From: a virus
Lineage: Duplodnaviria; Caudoviricetes
IMG/VR virus record: IMGVR_UViG_3300020045_008102
Coordinates: 1 to 53,943 of that record
DNA length: 53,943 bases
Reading direction: 5' to 3' (one strand)
Under the pieces are notes generated by a model that ran no database searches, was not told the origin of the DNA, and worked only from the letters and a program-made list of their open reading frames with translations. Positions 47,548 through 53,943 of the stretch are shown here, in pieces (position 1 is the first letter of the stretch; every line of letters starts with the position of its first letter). A program made the translations under genes and the position numbers.

Positions 47548-47856
47548 ATGAGAGCACAAACATTAATAGCATCAACTGAAGCAGCAGCAAATAAAATTTT
47601 AATTATTGATGACATTAATAAAGATGGATCAATTTCTATTGTAGGATTAGTCACTTCAGAAAGTGTAGCTATTCAGATTCCACGAGTAGCATCCCCTGCT
47701 GTAGATACTGATGCAGACTGGACTAATTTCATTTATGATGGTACTACCTATGTTTTGAATGTAAATAATAATAGAATAAGTCTTCCTTTTCGTGGTACTT
47801 ATAGGATTGTTAAACCAGCAAGTTCTGGTAATGCTTTTGGAATAGGATTTGAATAA
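47548..47856 (+). CDS. Hypothetical structural protein
   Basis: Beta-rich; GGAG RBS. Confidence 0.65.
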   Translation: MRAQTLIASTEAAANKILIIDDINKDGSISIVGLVTSESVAIQIPRVASPAVDTDADWTNFIYDGTTYVLNVNNNRISLPFRGTYRIVKPASSGNAFGIGFE

Positions 47857-50153
47857 TGCTTAGTAATGCACTTGTAGATCCATTACAAAGTTCAGTTTGT
47901 GGTTTTAATAGGTTTGGTGGCACCAAGCGCTACCTCTCCGCCGCCCTGATAAGTAGATATATAACAGGCACCTTCGATGTATCATTAGCGTCCCTTCCTG
48001 ACCTGCAAGGTGTGGATACACGTGATGTGTATCTACGTAATAGCATTCTTGGGGATGGGGTAGGCTATCTATCTTCTGCATTAATTGTCGGGAGCGAAAC
48101 CGTTGTGTCAAAAAATGGTACCGCCACGGTTACTATAGCCGCTGGTCGCATCAATGTGGGGGTAGGAACACTCTGGTCGTTTGTACTCTCAAATGGTAGC
48201 AGTTATGAGTTTGCAAGTAAGTCCGGAAGGGTAGGCTTTTGGTGCATTGATATTAGTGGAAATGAGAGGCATTTAGAGCTAATCAATTTCACAAGCGCGG
48301 CCTATGTAAGCGGGATAGCAGCAGGAAGCGACTATCTAAATCAAGCTGGAGTGCAATTATTGCCCCAACTTGAGGTCTGCCCGTTGTGGAAAGCCAACAG
48401 GTGGACACCGTCTGGTAATGACATAATAGCAAACGAACCGGATGGGTCAGTCAGTTTCACATATGTAGATAATGCGGGTGGAGGTGCATTATGGCTTGTA
48501 TGCGCCAATACAGGAGCGCTTAACGCCGGGGTCAATCTTATAGTCGGTAGGGAGTACATTCTTACTGGCAAGGTGAAAATGAATCCTGGGAAATATGCCA
48601 GCATGAGTTTGTACTCAGGGACAACCTTTTATTATTTGACTAGCGAAAACATATACAGCGACACATGGAGAGACCTTGAAATAAAATTCACCTGCAACGG
48701 TACAGGGCAAAATACACGCTTTGGCCCTCGTCAGTTAAAGTCTGGCGACATAATGTACCTAAAGGACTTATCTGTAAAAGAAAAATACAGTTATAGCATA
48801 CCTATACCGTCTCTTCCTGTGAGAGATGACCATTTTAAGTTCGGATGGTTTTCTGATTCTCATTACTCTGATCCCCCGGTTACATGTGCTGATATATCAA
48901 ACACAATAGCATCTCTTACATCAGCATGGGCTGCTGCTGGAGTAGATGCCGTTCTTGGGTCAGGGGACACTTATGATAATAATGGGGCTGCATCAGACCT
49001 GACGAAAACAACTACACACGCAAATACATTTCAGGGGTGGTTAGATAATGCTAATGCCCCGTCATATCTCGTAGAGGGGAATCACGACGTTGGATTGACA
49101 ACAGAAGCAGAATTTCTGGGGGTAGCCACATATACACACTCAAATTGGTATGTAGATATTGGAGCTTGGCGGATAATTTTATTTGCAAACTTTAGGTATT
49201 GGAACAGCGGTCTATTCCAGTCATGGTACGACGACATAAATTATCTGCAAGAACAGCTAGTCATAGCTAGAGCTATGGGAAAAAAGGTTATTATTGTAGC
49301 TCATACAAGATTGCAGCAAGATTATCCTGGATCTCCGGCCAGTTTTGCAGAAGAACCGACTATACAAGCTGGACTTATTACTCCAAGCGCTCTAACAGGT
49401 ACAGTCACACTTACGTCTGATACTGCCAGCACCTTTACAACAAAACATATCGGAGAGTATATTTTTTGCAAAGAAGGGACGAATTGGGCAGGGGCTATAA
49501 TAAAAACGTATGTCTCAGATACAGTGGTAACCGCAGATGTTATTTTGCCATTCGTAAGTCTTACTGCTATCTCATGGGGATGGAAGTCTCTAAGTGCATA
49601 CTCTTTGCTTTCCAAGGAAATACGCGCAGTAATAAATGCACAAGTAGCGTTGGGTACAGATGTAAAATTCGTCCTTACTGGCCACGAACACTCTGGTTTC
49701 GTCCCGATTGATCCAGATGGGTATGGCGTGATCTATATAGGAGTATTGGGATGTTTGACCAGTCTTAACGGTGCGATAGTGGAGTTGCATAATGGCACCT
49801 ACACGTTAACAGGTATAGGAAGTCAGCCGAGTTATAATGGGACATACTGGACAAGTAGCTATGCACAATCAGCCCTGGATATAGGAAGGGTAAAATACCC
49901 ATTATATGCAACTGGTGAAATAGTCGATGGGTCAACTTTTACTATTTCGCAGTCTCCAGAATTATTTACAGCACTTGGAGAAGGACCATTCTTTGATGCC
50001 TCTGGAGTGCCGAAGACTCTTACGTACACACAATTAATGGCAGCTCATGACGGGGTTAGGGTTTTTACTGGGGCTAATGGTGTCTTGATATATGGCTCTG
50101 ACACTATCGCTTCAGTAGCAGCGTCAGCTTGTAACTATGTTGGCCATGTATAA
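47856..50153 (+). CDS. Mosaic virion-associated protein with a CBM-like domain and a calcineurin-like metallophosphoesterase
   Basis: FSDSH, GSGD, EGNHD, VAH and LTGHEH motifs; VGREYILTGKVK...W....IKF jelly-roll pattern. Confidence 0.78.
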   Translation: MLSNALVDPLQSSVCGFNRFGGTKRYLSAALISRYITGTFDVSLASLPDLQGVDTRDVYLRNSILGDGVGYLSSALIVGSETVVSKNGTATVTIAAGRINVGVGTLWSFVLSNGSSYEFASKSGRVGFWCIDISGNERHLELINFTSAAYVSGIAAGSDYLNQAGVQLLPQLEVCPLWKANRWTPSGNDIIANEPDGSVSFTYVDNAGGGALWLVCANTGALNAGVNLIVGREYILTGKVKMNPGKYASMSLYSGTTFYYLTSENIYSDTWRDLEIKFTCNGTGQNTRFGPRQLKSGDIMYLKDLSVKEKYSYSIPIPSLPVRDDHFKFGWFSDSHYSDPPVTCADISNTIASLTSAWAAAGVDAVLGSGDTYDNNGAASDLTKTTTHANTFQGWLDNANAPSYLVEGNHDVGLTTEAEFLGVATYTHSNWYVDIGAWRIILFANFRYWNSGLFQSWYDDINYLQEQLVIARAMGKKVIIVAHTRLQQDYPGSPASFAEEPTIQAGLITPSALTGTVTLTSDTASTFTTKHIGEYIFCKEGTNWAGAIIKTYVSDTVVTADVILPFVSLTAISWGWKSLSAYSLLSKEIRAVINAQVALGTDVKFVLTGHEHSGFVPIDPDGYGVIYIGVLGCLTSLNGAIVELHNGTYTLTGIGSQPSYNGTYWTSSYAQSALDIGRVKYPLYATGEIVDGSTFTISQSPELFTALGEGPFFDASGVPKTLTYTQLMAAHDGVRVFTGANGVLIYGSDTIASVAASACNYVGHV

Positions 50154-50367
50154 AGAGGAGTGAAGTGAAATGTCAATGAACTACTGCCCCTGAATGCCAC
50201 ACGCTCTTCCCCGACTTCGTGTGGATCTGCCCGAAATGCGGTTATGAGATGGAGCAAGATTGTGATGATTGATAGGGATTATTCGTGGCTGGATGCTGCG
50301 AATAACAAAAGAATAGGGAATGACGAACCGGATTCATTCACGGCGAGAGAACAAAGGAGGATGCGAT

Positions 50368-50601
50368 ATGAAGATTGAAAGTATTGGTAAGATGATGGTG
50401 GTGGGTTTGGCCTGGATGATGTTGCTGGGTGGATGCGCCGGACAGGTTGTACAAATAGAGTTTGTTCAAGACTCAACTGATACCAGCACAAATTCATTAG
50501 GATTCAAGGCAGATGGTTCCTCTTTAACTACTGCTACAGATCAGGGAAGCAATGGACAGGTTACTCAAACAGCAGTTACGACTCCAGTTGAGGTGAAATA
50601 A
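50368..50601 (+). CDS. Lipoprotein
   Basis: GGAGG RBS; signal peptide with LLGG-C lipobox. Confidence 0.7.
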   Translation: MKIESIGKMMVVGLAWMMLLGGCAGQVVQIEFVQDSTDTSTNSLGFKADGSSLTTATDQGSNGQVTQTAVTTPVEVK

Positions 50602-51239
50602 TGTTAAAAAAATCTATCATACCTTTTGTCACCTTAATCTTAATTCTCGGCGGATGTACTGGAAAACTTGTCACTGTTAAGTTTGTGCAGAAATCTAACG
50701 GTAATTCAGCAAACGCTTTAACATTTCAGGCTGACGGTACCCATATCTCAACCGAAACCTCACAAAAAGCTACTGGCAAACTTCCTGTGGATTTTATCAA
50801 CTTCCTTAGCTCTTTATCCGAAGTAAAAGGTGTTGTTAGTAATCTTCAGCAATTAGTCCCTGCCGCCGTTACAGCTCCCCCGGTAGTTGTACCTATTAAA
50901 CCGACAGTAGCCCCGACAATACCAACCGTTCCTGTAACGCCAACCAATAGTGGAGAAAAGATAACTGTATCGTCCTCTACTGTTGGTTGTGGAAACCCTG
51001 TATCTAGTGGTTGTAGGGAACTCTACAAGTTCTCTAATCCTGGAAGTTTTTATGGAAAAAACATAGAAGTCTCTTTTGACAAATCATATACATTTATTGT
51101 TCCAAACGGAGCAGTTCGTACTGAACTTCCCGATGGTCGTTTATGGAAGCCTTTAAGTGATGTTGATGGCAAATTGGCTATTCACGGCCCAGGTGGAGCG
51201 CATCTGAAAACTTGTACTATTAAATACTCTCCAAAATGA
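50601..51239 (+). CDS. Lipoprotein with Pro/Thr-rich linker
   Basis: ILGG-C lipobox; N-terminus paralogous to the previous gene. Confidence 0.75.
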   Translation: MLKKSIIPFVTLILILGGCTGKLVTVKFVQKSNGNSANALTFQADGTHISTETSQKATGKLPVDFINFLSSLSEVKGVVSNLQQLVPAAVTAPPVVVPIKPTVAPTIPTVPVTPTNSGEKITVSSSTVGCGNPVSSGCRELYKFSNPGSFYGKNIEVSFDKSYTFIVPNGAVRTELPDGRLWKPLSDVDGKLAIHGPGGAHLKTCTIKYSPK

Positions 51240-51517
51240 TAAAACCATCATATCAAACCGGGGAGTTCTGGCTCTATATTCTCGCAGGATGCGCCACAGT
51301 CTATCTTGAAAGCAGGGGAATGACAGTGGACGACCTGACCAAGAAAGGGGCTGTGTTTGTCACCTCAGTCGTAAATGATCCCACTTTTGGTAAATATGCG
51401 CTTGTTGTTTTGGCCGGATTCTTTGGGATTACGCGGAACAGTCTCAAAAAGAAAGAGCTTGAGATGAAGCGAGACGTTGAGCTTTCAAAGATTAAACAGG
51501 GAATTGATTTTCAATGA
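51236..51517 (+). CDS. Putative holin
   Basis: KP.YQT.EFWL, two hydrophobic segments, basic C-terminus. Confidence 0.65.
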   Translation: MIKPSYQTGEFWLYILAGCATVYLESRGMTVDDLTKKGAVFVTSVVNDPTFGKYALVVLAGFFGITRNSLKKKELEMKRDVELSKIKQGIDFQ

Positions 51518-51924
51518 ACACAATCCCGTTCTGTTTAAAAGGATCAAGGGGGCAGGATATCATCCTAATTGCCACTGAAGATATAGTTTGGCCGACTTAT
51601 CTGATTGAGCATTTTCCACATTGTTGCGGGGCCGGGGAAGGCATTGGTGATTTACTTGTGCCTGAATCTGTGTTCGGAGTCATTGTTTCGGCAGCATGTT
51701 TTATTCACGACTTTATGTGGGAACAAATGACTCCCTCCTGGGAATACTTTCATGCTGCAAATTCGATATTCAGAACTAACATGACTTCTATAATTAACTC
51801 TGAATCGGGTAATTGTTTATCAAGGAAACTGCGTATGATTAGAATCATGGAATACTATGAGGCTGTTGATCATGTTGGTGCAATTATATTCTGGAGTCAG
51901 GCAAAGAGGAAATGGCTAATATAA
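51514..51924 (+). CDS. DUF1353/phospholipase-A2-like protein
   Basis: CG.G.....VP...FG.....AC.IHD.M......AN..F...M...Y..AV. Confidence 0.6.
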   Translation: MNTIPFCLKGSRGQDIILIATEDIVWPTYLIEHFPHCCGAGEGIGDLLVPESVFGVIVSAACFIHDFMWEQMTPSWEYFHAANSIFRTNMTSIINSESGNCLSRKLRMIRIMEYYEAVDHVGAIIFWSQAKRKWLI

Positions 51925-51980
51925 AGATATTGTTGGTTATTTTATTCAGTTTGTAAATTTAAAAAAGTAAGGAGATAGCT

Positions 51981-52280
51981 GTGATTGAAGAAGAAGAGAA
52001 ACAGCAAGAACACCCACACAGAAGACAAAAGGTACTTACGGCAAAAGATACACAAGATCTTGTATCTGAAATGGTAAGGGCGATCGGCATAAACCATAAA
52101 GAATGCAGATTTGATGGAATATCACCAGAAGATTTGAGGCAAACAATATTGTTTTGCAAAAACATGAATGACTGGTTCGATAAAACGAAAAGTACAATTT
52201 GGCAAACAACTCTTGTTTCTTTATTGTTAACTATATTCGCAATTTTTGCTATTGGTTATTGGCACAAAAGTGGTCATTAA
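51981..52280 (+). CDS. Membrane protein (holin/antiholin-like)
   Basis: C-terminal TM segment, directly upstream of the endolysin. Confidence 0.55.
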   Translation: MIEEEEKQQEHPHRRQKVLTAKDTQDLVSEMVRAIGINHKECRFDGISPEDLRQTILFCKNMNDWFDKTKSTIWQTTLVSLLLTIFAIFAIGYWHKSGH

Positions 52281-52283
52281 TTT

Positions 52284-52796
52284 ATGATTGAAACTCATAA
52301 ACAAAAACATTCTCCTGAAAAAGTACAGGGATGGCTAACTCGGATCATTGGGGTTGAGGGCGGATACTCTGAAGATGACAAGATCGGCGGTGCTACTAAG
52401 TGGGGGATAAGCAAAAAATCTTATCCGCATCTTGATATATTCAATCTCACCATTGTTGATGCAGAAGCTATTTATCGCAGAGATTATCTTATTCCGTTGC
52501 GAGCTGATCTGTTTGAGGATGGAGTGGCATATCAGCTTCTTGATTTTGCTGTAAACTCTGGGCCTATAACTGCAATTAAGCAATTACAAGAGGCTATTGG
52601 GTGCGTGCCAGATGGTAATGTTGGCCCAAAGACACGAGCTGAATTATCAAAATATTCTGAAGCATCCCTTATCATGTTATTGGTGGCAGAACGTCTTGAT
52701 TTTATGGTTTCATTGAGAAATTGGTCTGAAAATTCTCGTGGATGGATTAGGAGAATGGCAAATGATTTACGCTATGGAGTAATGGATATAAATTAA
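52284..52796 (+). CDS. GH108 endolysin with PG-binding domain
   Basis: EGGY, GGATKWGIS, DFAVNSG, LQ.A.G...DG..GPKT, GW.RR. Confidence 0.92.
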   Translation: MIETHKQKHSPEKVQGWLTRIIGVEGGYSEDDKIGGATKWGISKKSYPHLDIFNLTIVDAEAIYRRDYLIPLRADLFEDGVAYQLLDFAVNSGPITAIKQLQEAIGCVPDGNVGPKTRAELSKYSEASLIMLLVAERLDFMVSLRNWSENSRGWIRRMANDLRYGVMDIN

Positions 52797-52918
52797 TTTT
52801 GTTATACAATATAAAAACATGGAATGGTTATATAGAATATATGTTCTTACTTAATCATCGTAGATATTGGAAATATCAATCTATAAATAAAATTTATCTA
52901 TTATTAAAGGGCAAATAA

Positions 52919-53158
52919 ATGACTTACAGACCTGGTGATTATTTAGTTATCTGCGATCAGTGTGGATTTCAGCGATACGCTACTGATTGTCGAATGACTT
53001 GGGATAAGTTATTTGTTTGCGCTGATACTTGTTGGGAAGAAAAACATCCACAGTATGCTGATCCTAAGCCTTTAGGTGAAAAACAAAATGTACCTGTATA
53101 TCGTCCTGAACCAGCAGAAGTTTTTATAACTGCTCCAATAACTCAAGATGATTTATAA
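52919..53158 (+). CDS. Conserved Zn-binding phage protein
   Basis: ICDQCGF...W....VC...CWE.KHPQ...RPE. Confidence 0.75.
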   Translation: MTYRPGDYLVICDQCGFQRYATDCRMTWDKLFVCADTCWEEKHPQYADPKPLGEKQNVPVYRPEPAEVFITAPITQDDL

Positions 53159-53172
53159 GGTGGAGAATTTTA

Positions 53173-53943
53173 ATGCTTAGAACAGATTACGTATTTGATG
53201 CTAGTGCAAAAACCATAACTTTTACTAATACTGTAACTGAATCTTATTTAGAAGTTATAGTAAATAGTGTTGATGGGATAATCATTTATAATTCAATTTC
53301 ACCATCAACTACAGGAACACTTGTAGATAAAGTCCTTACATTAATATATGATACGTCAGCAATGTCTGATGCTGATGATCTTCAAATATTTTATGGTGAG
53401 ACTGCAAGGGCTACTTCTGGATATACTTTTGCAGAATTAATAGCTAGAACAAATACTCTTGTAGATGATTCGGATATTGCTACTAGTTTAGGAAATTTTA
53501 TTAATCAGGGAGTATTTGAAATCGCTGGTGGTATGCAATCATCTTTATCTGATATGATTACACCACCATTGCCTGATCTTTTTTCTATAGATACTGTTAC
53601 AACAAATACTGCGTTAGCTTATGTAAATATGCCAACTACTTATAATAGAAATCTTCAACTTGCTGTATCAGCACGAGGATCTGAAATTGATATAGCACAT
53701 TCTTTTATTGATTTTGTTACAACATATCCAGCACTTTCTAGAGTTGGTAACATTTCTGAGGTTGTTGAGCATGGCGGAAAATTATACTATCAAGGAATAC
53801 CATCTACCAGTGAAATTTTAACCTTGCATTTTTACCGTAAACCTGTTATAATGATTTATGATACAGATGTACCAGATGGTATTCCTGTACATTTGCAAAT
53901 GGCATTGCTAACAAATTTTGCTGCTTGGAAAGCTTATGAGTTT
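53173..53943 (+). CDS. Putative head-tail adaptor (3'-truncated; not in the ORF track)
   Basis: GGAGA RBS and ATG at 53173, open to the window end; TFAELI...FIN.G...P....L.LHFYRKP.....D.P..IP pattern. Confidence 0.65.
   Translation, partial: MLRTDYVFDASAKTITFTNTVTESYLEVIVNSVDGIIIYNSISPSTTGTLVDKVLTLIYDTSAMSDADDLQIFYGETARATSGYTFAELIARTNTLVDDSDIATSLGNFINQGVFEIAGGMQSSLSDMITPPLPDLFSIDTVTTNTALAYVNMPTTYNRNLQLAVSARGSEIDIAHSFIDFVTTYPALSRVGNISEVVEHGGKLYYQGIPSTSEILTLHFYRKPVIMIYDTDVPDGIPVHLQMALLTNFAAWKAYEF

Noticed and set aside
1-53943. Stop-codon reassignment or suppressor tRNA
   Set aside because: Genes are intact in the standard code and TAA, TAG and TGA all end genes; no CUA or UCA anticodon seen

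Overview
AT-rich segment of a tailed dsDNA bacteriophage genome, probably podovirus-like with P22-type terminase and portal and a Gram-negative host (inferred from the GH108 endolysin and lipoproteins). Two arms diverge at about 37.1-37.6 kb. The minus-strand arm (37.1 to 8.1 kb) starts at tandem sigma70-type promoters. It carries many small early genes, an SF1 helicase, a PD-(D/E)xK exonuclease/Sak4/SSB recombination module, an NAD-dependent ligase, DUF5664, a radical SAM protein, a ParB-methyltransferase fusion, a UDG-fused DNA polymerase A, a DUF3987 ATPase, a DEDDh exonuclease, a RepB-type primase and ThyX. The plus-strand arm (37.6 kb to the end, plus 1-8.07 kb) carries terminase, portal, GroES, scaffold, capsid, a lysis cassette, an adaptor and a 2365-aa polyvalent internal virion protein. 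No integrase or CRISPR array was seen. The most unusual signals are non-coding: two clusters of non-canonical tRNA-like RNAs, each altered in a different arm, and a palindromic GTTCA-N4-TGAAC site repeated seven times across the genome, including inside genes. All protein calls come from motif recognition by eye; no database search was run.
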